The translations under genes were made by a program, and so were the position numbers. Shown here piece by piece: positions 7,944 through 14,755 of a stretch of DNA of 32,000 nucleotides. The stretch comes from an uncultured Actinomycetes bacterium (lineage in GTDB: Bacteria > Actinomycetota > Actinomycetes > S36-B12 > CAIYMF01). Under the pieces are notes generated by a model, which was given only the letters and a program-made list of their open reading frames with translations, was not told where the DNA came from and ran no database searches. Location: assembly GCA_963843975.1 (NCBI GenBank), contig CAWJMG010000003.1, forward strand, positions 720,001 to 752,000. The letters are read 5' to 3'. The stretch's first letter is position 1. Each line of letters starts with the position of its first letter.

Positions 7944-9495
7944 GCCGCCACCTCCTCGAGTGCGCCGGCGTCGAACAGGACCGTGCCGCGCACGGTCGTG
8001 CGCAGGCAGGTCGGCGTGAAGCCGGTGGACAGGTCGGGCCAGCCCTGGTCGTCGGCGACGCCGACGGCCCAGATCGCGTACGTCGCAGGCGCACCCACGG
8101 TGATGAGGCCGGACCCATGGTCGCCGACCGACGCGTGGCCGGCGCGGGTGTGCGCGTCGAACGCGGTCGCGACATCGATGCGCTGCGCGGGCGTGCGGTG
8201 CAGCACCGCGCCACGCACGCCACCCCACGGGTCGAACGGCGTGACGGGCGAGTCGCTGCCGAGCACGAGCGGGACTCCGGCGCGGTGCAGGTCGCCGTAC
8301 GGGTTCAGGGACGGGCCGCGGCTGGGGCCGAGGCGGTCGACGTACATGCCCTCGGTGCCGCCCCAGAACGCGTCGAACGCGGGCTGCACCGAGGCGATGA
8401 CCCCGAGGTGCGCGAGGGTGGCGATGCCGTCGGCGTCGAGCATCTCGGCGTGCTCGAGGCGGTGCCGAAGCGCACGGACCCGCTCGACACCGGCCTTGTC
8501 GGCGGCGGCGCGCAGGCCGGCGAGGACGGCGTCCATGGCTGCATCGCCGATCACGTGGAAGCCTGCCTGCACGCCCTCGTCGGTGCAGCGCACGAGGTGG
8601 TCGGCGATCGACTCGGGGTCGATGTAGAGGGCGCCGTGGGTGCCTGCCTCGTCGTGGTAGCCGTGGCGGAGGCACGCGGTGCGCGATCCGATCGCGCCGT
8701 CGACCGAGAGGTCGCCGGCCGCGCCGTACGCACCGAGGCGGCGCATGACGTCGAGGCCACCGGTGGAGGCCAGCTGGCCCCAGTAGACGACCACCTCGGG
8801 CAGGGCCTCGGCCTGAGCCAGGGCGATGAGCGAGGCGGCGTCGTCCTCGCCGGAGATGTCCGGGCCCGCCATCTCGTGCACAGCCGCGATGCCGTGCGCC
8901 GCAGCCGATCGCAGCGCGACCCGCTGCGCCTCGGTGGTCTGCGCAGCGGTCACCGAGCCGAGCGCGGCCTGACGTACGGCGTTGTGCGCCTCGCGCGTGA
9001 TCCAGCCGTCGGCCGACCACCCCTCGAGGCTCACGGGCACCACGTGTCGAGGCGAGCATCGCGCTGCTGACGAGCGCGGAGTGCACGTCGACACGTGAGA
9101 GGTAGACGAGCGAGCCGTACGACGCTCGGTCGATCTCGGCGGCCGTGGGCAGCTCGCGCACTGACCAGGTGGTCTCGTCCCAGCCGTGGCCGAGGATCGC
9201 GCGACCCCGCAGCTGCTGTGTGCGCGCGGCGACGAGGTCGAGCACGTCCTGCTTGCTCCGCGTGCCCGACAGGTCGAGGCCCGACAGCACCAGACCCGTG
9301 TCGGTGGTGTGCACGTGCCCGTCGACGAACGCGGGCAGGACGTGCGCGCCGCCGAGCTCGATCACCGTGTCCGTCGCGGGCGCCTCGCCGCGCGCGCCGA
9401 CCCAGGCGAACACGCCGTCGCTGACGACGACGTCGAGGCGCACGGACCGCGCCGTCGTGCAGCGCGAGCCCGCCCGACAGCAGCGCGCTGCTCAT
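7940..9495 (-). pseudogene. YtcJ-like metal-dependent amidohydrolase (Amidohydro_3 type), apparently two frameshifts
   Basis: Three collinear pieces lie in three different frames. (1) MSSALLSGGLALHDGAVR, with ATG at 9495 overlapping the kdd stop as ATGA. (2) RLDVVVSDGVFAWVGARGEAPATDTVIELGGAHVLPAFVDGHVHTT...LSRVDVHSALVSSAMLAS. (3) PVSLEGWSADGWITREAHNAV...GFHVIGDAAMD...RLEHAEML...VLGSDSPV. The span is 1556 nt, which is 3n+2. The intact track ORF 7940..9094 covers only the C-terminal two thirds. Confidence 0.65.
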
Positions 9496-10568
9496 CGGTG
9501 CCCTTCGGCTTCGAGCCGCTCGCGGAACAGTGTCTGGATGCCGGGCTCGGTGCGCAGCAGGTCGAACGCCATGTCGGCGTGACCCGGGGTGAAGCCGTTG
9601 CCGATGAGCATGGTGACGTCGGCGGCCAGGCCCTCGGCGCCCAGCGCCGCGGTGGCGAAGGACGTGGCCATCGAGAAGAAGATGATCGTGCCGCCGTCGC
9701 CGCACGACAGGACGGCGCCGTGCTCGCAGCCCGGGACGTCCACGCACACGACGACGATGTCGGCGACGTCGCCGAGCGCGTTGGCGATCGCATCGGACAG
9801 ACCGACGGGGTCGCGCGCGTCCGCGAGCGCGACGTTGTCGGCGAGGGCGACGCGCTCGAGCGCCTCGGCCTCGCGCATGACCGGCACGACGCCGACCGTG
9901 CGTGCAGCGCCCGCGCGGCGGGCGGCCGCGAGCGAGAGCGAACCGCTCTTGCCCGCTCCCCCGATGACGGCGACCGTCGGCGCATGGCCGGCCTCGACGT
10001 ACCGGCGTACGACTCGGGCGGTCAGCGCGGGCGCGCCGCAGACGTCCATGACGGCCATGGCGAGCGGGCCCTCGAGGTCGTCGGGCACCTTGGCGAGGAT
10101 CGTGCGGTCGAAGAGGATCGCGTGGCCGTCGCAGGGCACCTGCTCCGACAGTCCGTCCCAGTCGCGCAGGTCGTCGTCGATCTGCAGCGGTGTAAGGGTC
10201 AGCGAGACGAGCGTGGTGATCTGGTCGCCGACGGCGACCTCGTGGTGGTGGCTGTCGGGTCCGATGGCCTCCACGACCCCGACCAGCATGCCGCCCGACC
10301 CGGTGACGGGGTTGTGCATCTTGCCTCGGGTGCGGACGATCTCGAGAACCTCCGCGCGCACCGCCACGCCGTCGCCGAAATGCTTGTCGGAGAGCTGGCG
10401 GAAGCTTGCGGCGTCGAGGTTGAGCCGCTGCACGCGCACGCGGATCTCACCGGGGTGCAGGTCAGGGGTGGCGTCGAGGCGCCACGCGGCCTGGGGCAGC
10501 ACGCCGCTCGGCTCGAGGACGCGGTGCAGACCGACCGGGCTCACCGGATGACGGGGGCTCACGCGCAC
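9492..10568 (-). CDS. kdd: L-erythro-3,5-diaminohexanoate dehydrogenase
   Basis: 358 aa, collinear with Fusobacterium/Clostridium Kdd as I recall it (HRVLEPSGVLPQ...LNLDAASF...RGKMHNPVTGSGGMLVG...TLVSLTLTPL...DVCGAPA). The start is GTG at 10568 or 10562. A GGAAGGA SD sits just upstream. Confidence 0.85.
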   Translation of the reverse strand: MRVSPRHPVSPVGLHRVLEPSGVLPQAAWRLDATPDLHPGEIRVRVQRLNLDAASFRQLSDKHFGDGVAVRAEVLEIVRTRGKMHNPVTGSGGMLVGVVEAIGPDSHHHEVAVGDQITTLVSLTLTPLQIDDDLRDWDGLSEQVPCDGHAILFDRTILAKVPDDLEGPLAMAVMDVCGAPALTARVVRRYVEAGHAPTVAVIGGAGKSGSLSLAAARRAGAARTVGVVPVMREAEALERVALADNVALADARDPVGLSDAIANALGDVADIVVVCVDVPGCEHGAVLSCGDGGTIIFFSMATSFATAALGAEGLAADVTMLIGNGFTPGHADMAFDLLRTEPGIQTLFRERLEAEGHR

Positions 10569-10785
10569 TGATCCTTCCGTGCGGCGACGCCGCTGTCTCG
10601 GGACGCGCCAGGTAGGCAGCCCATACCGCAGGTAACGGGACGATCTCGCTCGAACTCACACGATGAGCGCAAATCCTTGCGTCGAATGATGCCAGATCGG
10701 GAGGTTGTCCCGTATCCTCGCGCCAAGATCACGCGCGTGTCCGGCGTACCGCCGGCCGCGCGTCCTCGTCCCACCGGAGGCAGCC
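10569..10785. promoter_or_regulatory. divergent kdd-operon / kamA control region with a structured kamA leader
   Basis: 217-bp spacer containing the least GC-rich stretch of the window (ctcgaactcacacgatgagcgcaaatccttgcgtcgaatgatgcc). Candidate -10 TATCCT at 10713..10718 (+). A 13-bp GC hairpin lies at 10731..10763. GGAGG SD at 10776..10780. Confidence 0.4.
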
Positions 10786-12228
10786 GTGACCGAGACCCTC
10801 GCCAACGCCGTAGCCGCGGCCGACGGGCGCGCCCTGCCGCAGCCGTACGTGTACCGGCACAACCCGCTGGTCGAGCCGGACTGGCGACGCTTCCCCGGGT
10901 GGAAGGACGTCACCGACGAGGAGTGGCGCTCGGCCCAATGGCAGCGCAGCCACTGCGTCAAGAACGTCGCGCAGCTGCGCGGAGTGGTGGGCGACCTGCT
11001 CGACGAGCGCTTCTATGCCGACCTCGAGGCCGACATCGAGCGCGCGGCCACGATGTCGATGCTCGTGCCGCCGCAGATGGTCAACACCATGGCACCGGCC
11101 GTCTCGCCGTCCGGCCCCGGCTCGCTCACCGACGCGTTCTACGCCGACCCGGTTCGCCGCTACATGCTGCCGGTGCTCAGCGACCGGCGCACCGACTGGA
11201 CGTCGCACCCGCACGCCACGCGCGACTCGCTGCACGAGCACGAGATGTGGGCGGTCGAGGGCCTCACCCACCGCTACCCGACCAAGGTGCTCGCCGAGCT
11301 GCTCACCACGTGCCCGCAGTACTGCGGCCACTGCACCCGCATGGACCTCGTCGGCAACTCCACCCCGCAGGTCGAGAAGCTGAAGTTCGTCGCCAAGCCC
11401 GACGCCCGACTTGCCGACATGCTCGACTACCTGCGCCGCTCCCCCGGCGTGCGCGACGTGGTCGTGTCCGGGGGCGACGTCGCCAACATGCCGTGGGCCC
11501 GCCTCGAGCAGTTCGTGGCCGCGCTCCTCGAGATCGAGAACGTGCGCGACATCCGCTTGGCGTCCAAGGCTTTCGCGGTCCTCCCGCAGCACTGGCTGCA
11601 GGACGACGTCCGCGCCGGCATGGAGCGGGTCGCGACCACCGCGCGCAGGCGCGGCGTCGGCCTCGCGATCCACACCCACGTGAACTCCGCCAACACGGTG
11701 ACGCCGCTCGTCGCCGAGGCGACGCGCGCGATGCTCGAGGCGGGTGTCCGCGACGTACGCAACCAGGGCGTCCTCATGCGCGGGGTCAACGACTCCGTCG
11801 ACAAGCTGCTCGACCTCTGCTTCAGCCTGCTCGATGGCGCCGGGATCATGCCGTACTACTTCTACATGTGCGACATGATCCCGAACGCCGAGCACTGGCG
11901 GCTCGCGGTCTGGGAGGCGCAGGCGCTGCAGCACGGGATCATGGGCTACCTGCCAGGCTTCGCGACGCCGCGCATCGTCTGCGACGTGCCGTACGTCGGC
12001 AAGCGCTGGGTGCACCAGGTGCACGAGTACGACCGCGAGCGCGGCATCACGTACTGGACGAAGAACTACCGCACCGGCATCGAGACCGCGGACTCCGCTG
12101 CCCTCGAGCGCACGTACGAGTACTACGACCCGATCCACACGCTGCCCCAGGCCGGCCAGGACTGGTGGCGCCTGCACGCCGACGACTCCGTCGCCGAAGC
12201 CGACGCCAGCCGCGAGATCCACAGCTGA
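10786..12228 (+). CDS. kamA: lysine 2,3-aminomutase (KamA-family radical SAM/PLP enzyme)
   Basis: CPQYCGHCTRM CxxxCxxC cluster, plus THRYP, VVSGGD, LMRGVND and PYYFYMCD blocks typical of KamA. I place the start at GTG 10786, 5 nt after GGAGG. The track ATG at 10705 lies inside the leader. Confidence 0.88.
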   Translation: MTETLANAVAAADGRALPQPYVYRHNPLVEPDWRRFPGWKDVTDEEWRSAQWQRSHCVKNVAQLRGVVGDLLDERFYADLEADIERAATMSMLVPPQMVNTMAPAVSPSGPGSLTDAFYADPVRRYMLPVLSDRRTDWTSHPHATRDSLHEHEMWAVEGLTHRYPTKVLAELLTTCPQYCGHCTRMDLVGNSTPQVEKLKFVAKPDARLADMLDYLRRSPGVRDVVVSGGDVANMPWARLEQFVAALLEIENVRDIRLASKAFAVLPQHWLQDDVRAGMERVATTARRRGVGLAIHTHVNSANTVTPLVAEATRAMLEAGVRDVRNQGVLMRGVNDSVDKLLDLCFSLLDGAGIMPYYFYMCDMIPNAEHWRLAVWEAQALQHGIMGYLPGFATPRIVCDVPYVGKRWVHQVHEYDRERGITYWTKNYRTGIETADSAALERTYEYYDPIHTLPQAGQDWWRLHADDSVAEADASREIHS

Positions 12229-12234
12229 CCCCCC

Positions 12235-12284
12235 GATTTGGTAGTGCTACAGCGTCACCCGTGGCGCCTTAGCACTACCAAATC
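12235..12284. repeat. 50-nt imperfect palindrome, copy 1
   Basis: GATTTGGTAGTGCTAcaGCGTCACccGTGGCGCctTAGCACTACCAAATC. It forms 15 perfect outer pairs, a 2x2 mismatch, then 7 inner pairs. It starts 6 nt after the kamA TGA and encodes the last ~12 codons and the stop of the DUF559 ORF on the other strand. Confidence 0.9.
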
Positions 12285-13218
12285 GTGCTTCGGCGGCTCT
12301 ACGGATCTCCTCGAACTGGGCCTCGATCCGCCTCGCTTCGGGTCGCAGGAGGTGGACTGGAATCCGGAGCACCTGGTGACCCAGCGCCGTTGCCGCAGCG
12401 TCCTTGGCCAGGTCGCGGGCGCGGCGGACAGGGTCGTCATGGAACACACCGTCCACCTCGACGAGGAGCAGCGTCCCGTCGGGGAGATCGACGACGACGT
12501 CGTAAGGCCTGGGGCCGTCCGCAGTGCGCACGACGTGCTGCCGCCTGAACGACGTGAGCCCTGCACGGCGGAGCAGGCGCGTCACATCGACCTCGGACAG
12601 CGAGTCCGCCCCGCCCGCAGCGTGTACGAGCGAATCGCGGATGGCATCGACATGACGCACCTTGGTGAGCCGCTCCAGACACTCAAGCATCGCCAGGGGT
12701 GTGGAGAGCCGCTGCTGCACGACCGCGATCACGAGCCCTGACGCCGAGCGGGGTGATCGCTGCCGCGACGCGGCATTGACCGCCGCCCGTTCGACAGTCG
12801 TGCAGCGCACTCCTCCGTGGATCGTGGCATCCGCCCCGTCGAGGTGGCGACTGCGATGGAACACCACGCCACGCATGGGACTGATCACGACGCCGTGGGG
12901 CGCGAGCACATGAGTCATCCCGGACTCCCAACCTCGAAGGCCGCCCAGAGACAGGACGGTACGGTCGTCGAGCAGCGCTCGCGGCCCGGCGTGCAGCAGC
13001 GCCGAACGCTGCAGCTGCCCCTCCGTGAGCACCCCGGTCATCAGACCGATGACGTTCGGCGTGATTGCTTGCCACCGCTGGGCGCGCAGCTGGCTCCGGA
13101 CGTGGTTTTTGGTGACGCCCAAGGCGGCCAGCTGGTCGCGATGCACGATGCCCGCCTGCTGCGAGGCGAGCTCGCGCAGACCGGGAATGTAGGCCAGTGG
13201 CTGAGTGCGACCTGTCAT
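12247..13218 (-). CDS. DUF559 / Vsr-like (PD-(D/E)xK) endonuclease-domain protein with N-terminal AbiEi-like HTH region
   Basis: The C-terminal block SLSEVDVTRLLRRAGLTSFRRQHVV...YDVVVDLPDGTLLLVEVDGVFHDD...RDLAKDAAATALGHQVLRIP matches the DUF559 pattern. The N-terminal LASQQAGIVHRDQLAALGVTKNHVRSQLRAQRWQAITPNV matches the AbiEi_4-like pattern. I count roughly 1 in 5 codons ending in A/T (aca, ggt, act, cca, att, aaa, caa...) against well under 1 in 10 in kamA. The ATG at 13218 is preferred. The track ORF extends to GTG 13290. Confidence 0.75.
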   Translation of the reverse strand: MTGRTQPLAYIPGLRELASQQAGIVHRDQLAALGVTKNHVRSQLRAQRWQAITPNVIGLMTGVLTEGQLQRSALLHAGPRALLDDRTVLSLGGLRGWESGMTHVLAPHGVVISPMRGVVFHRSRHLDGADATIHGGVRCTTVERAAVNAASRQRSPRSASGLVIAVVQQRLSTPLAMLECLERLTKVRHVDAIRDSLVHAAGGADSLSEVDVTRLLRRAGLTSFRRQHVVRTADGPRPYDVVVDLPDGTLLLVEVDGVFHDDPVRRARDLAKDAAATALGHQVLRIPVHLLRPEARRIEAQFEEIRRAAEARFGSAKAPRVTL

Positions 13219-13309
13219 GGGCCGACCATCGGCGTACGACACGCGGGCGCGCGCCGGTGCACAGAGCCGAATGGGGATGACGCGCCGCACGCCCGACCTG
13301 TGCCTGACG

Positions 13310-13359
13310 GATTTGGTAGTGCTAACGCGCTACCCGTGACGCTCTACCACTACCAAATC
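13310..13359. repeat. 50-nt imperfect palindrome, copy 2
   Basis: GATTTGGTAGTGCTAacGCGCTACccGTGACGCtcTACCACTACCAAATC. It matches copy 1 at 42/50 positions in the same register (hand alignment). It ends 10 nt before the stop of the GGDEF gene and lies 20 nt upstream of the longest DUF559 ORF start. Confidence 0.9.
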
Positions 13360-13369
13360 GAGGCGAGGG

Positions 13370-14695
13370 TCAGAGGCTGACTACTCGGTTCTTGCCGTGG
13401 CCCTTGGCCTCGTACATGGCCTGGTCGGCGCGGGCGATGACCTGCTCCACGTGCTCACCGGTGCGCGCGAGCGTGACGCCGATGCTGGTGGTGAGAGGGA
13501 CGGTCGTGCCGCCCACGACGACCGGCTCCGACGTCGCCTGCCGCACCCGCTCGGCCAGGTGCTCAGCCTCGCCGGGGTCGGCGACGTTCACGAGCAGCGC
13601 GACGATCTCGTCACCGCCGAAGCGCGCGACGAGGTCGGCACCCCGAAGCGCACCACCGACACGCGCCGCCACGATGCGCAGCACCTCGTCTCCGACCGCA
13701 TGGCCGAACTCGTCGTTGGTCGCTTTGAAGTCGTCGATGTCGCAGAACAGGACCGCCGCACGCCCGCCCTGGGCCGGGATGCGGCGCGGCTCCAGTCGCC
13801 TCAGCAGAGCGGCCCCTGTCAGCAGCCCGGTCAGAGCGTCGTGCTCGGCGGCGTGCACGAGCTGGTGCTCGATCTCCACCTGCTGGTCAGCGACGCGGAA
13901 CGACGTGAGCACGCCCTGGTGCTGCCCGTCACCGTCGATGAACACCTTCGCGTTCGACTCGACCCAGTGGTACCGACCGTCCTTGGCCAGCACCCTCCGA
14001 CGCGTGATCACCGACCGGCCAGCCAGCAGCGCCTCACGAGTCGTACCGAGGTCGGCGGCGTCGTCCGGGTGCAGGAAGCTGCGGCCCTCGTGGCCCATCC
14101 ACTCCTCGGGAGACCATCCGAGCGCATGGGTGATGGACGGCGACACCCAGCGGACGATGCCGTCCTTGATGTGGAACACGACGTCGGACGCGTTCTCCGC
14201 CAGCAGGCGGTATCGCTCCTCCGACTCGGCGAGCTCCGCCCTCGCGCTGCGCAGCGCGTCGATGGCACTGACCTGGTCGCTGATGTCTGCGAGCGTGACC
14301 ACCACAGCGCCGTCGTCCTCGTCGGCCGGCGCGGCCAGTGGCACGGCGTTCACCCATACCCACGTGACGTCTCCGTCGTGCGCGCGGATGCCCATCCTCA
14401 CACCGAGCACCGGTTCGCCGGTGGCGAGCGCGACCGTCCCGGGGTGGGTCTCGCCGGTGAACTCGGTGCCGTCCTCGTGGATGGTGCGCCGGCCGGCGTC
14501 CATCGGGGTCAGACCGGTGATCTGATCGGCGGTGTACCCGAGGATCCGCCACGCCGCGGGATTGCTCCGTACGATTCGGCCGTCCGCAGCCAGGACGACG
14601 ATGCCCTGGGGAAGCGCCTCGAACGCGCGCTGGCTGAGGCCGCAGGACATCGCCCCCGGCGGCTGACCCGCCGCGGTGCGTCCACCGGCAACCAT
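13370..14695 (-). CDS. PAS-PAS-GGDEF diguanylate cyclase
   Basis: 441 aa with two PAS-like modules followed by a GGDEF domain (DALTGL...LFCDIDDFKATND..GH..GD...RGADLVARFGGDEIVALL). The active-site variant is GGDEI. An RxxD I-site (RGAD) sits 5 residues upstream. Confidence 0.9.
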   Translation of the reverse strand: MVAGGRTAAGQPPGAMSCGLSQRAFEALPQGIVVLAADGRIVRSNPAAWRILGYTADQITGLTPMDAGRRTIHEDGTEFTGETHPGTVALATGEPVLGVRMGIRAHDGDVTWVWVNAVPLAAPADEDDGAVVVTLADISDQVSAIDALRSARAELAESEERYRLLAENASDVVFHIKDGIVRWVSPSITHALGWSPEEWMGHEGRSFLHPDDAADLGTTREALLAGRSVITRRRVLAKDGRYHWVESNAKVFIDGDGQHQGVLTSFRVADQQVEIEHQLVHAAEHDALTGLLTGAALLRRLEPRRIPAQGGRAAVLFCDIDDFKATNDEFGHAVGDEVLRIVAARVGGALRGADLVARFGGDEIVALLVNVADPGEAEHLAERVRQATSEPVVVGGTTVPLTTSIGVTLARTGEHVEQVIARADQAMYEAKGHGKNRVVSL

Positions 14696-14697
14696 CG

Positions 14698-14743
14698 GTC
14701 GCCTCCGTCCTCGTCCCAGCCAGCGTAGGACGGCGGAGGCGAC
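14698..14743 (-). promoter_or_regulatory. hairpin sequestering the GGDEF-gene Shine-Dalgarno; also possible lrp terminator
   Basis: Plus strand: GTCGCCTCCGTCCT-n15-AGGACGG(cgg)AGGCGAC, giving 14 bp with a 3-nt bulge. On the mRNA strand the 3' arm contains GGAGG, 6 nt before the ATG at 14695. Confidence 0.4.
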
Positions 14744-14755
14744 GAGTCCTGGCGG

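Larger units (their letters stand above)
12235..13359 (-). mobile_element. candidate palindrome-bracketed DUF559 nuclease unit (hypothetical selfish/mobile element)
   Basis: A single foreign-looking ORF flanked by two copies of the same 50-nt palindrome. Their outer arms form terminal inverted repeats GATTTGGTAGTG...CACTACCAAATC. The unit occupies the entire convergent spacer between kamA and the GGDEF gene. No transposase or integrase is present. Confidence 0.3.

Noticed and set aside
10569-10785. Lysine (L-box) or cobalamin riboswitch upstream of kamA or the kdd-kamDE operon
   Set aside because: I looked on both strands for the conserved cores I remember (AGAGGxGC / GGGAAA-type L-box junctions, and the B12 box GCCACTG). 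None was found. Only generic GC hairpins are present. This needs an Infernal scan to be definitive.
10677-12272. 531-aa (+) and 497-aa (-, 10729..12222) ORFs overlapping kamA
   Set aside because: They are alternative-frame and antisense shadows of kamA. Only the 10786..12228 frame carries the radical-SAM CxxxCxxC and KamA blocks.
12235-13359. Integrated prophage remnant or integrative element with attL/attR
   Set aside because: There is no integrase, no tRNA or tmRNA target and only about 1.1 kb of cargo. The repeats are themselves palindromes, which fits REP-like or terminal inverted repeat logic better than att cores.
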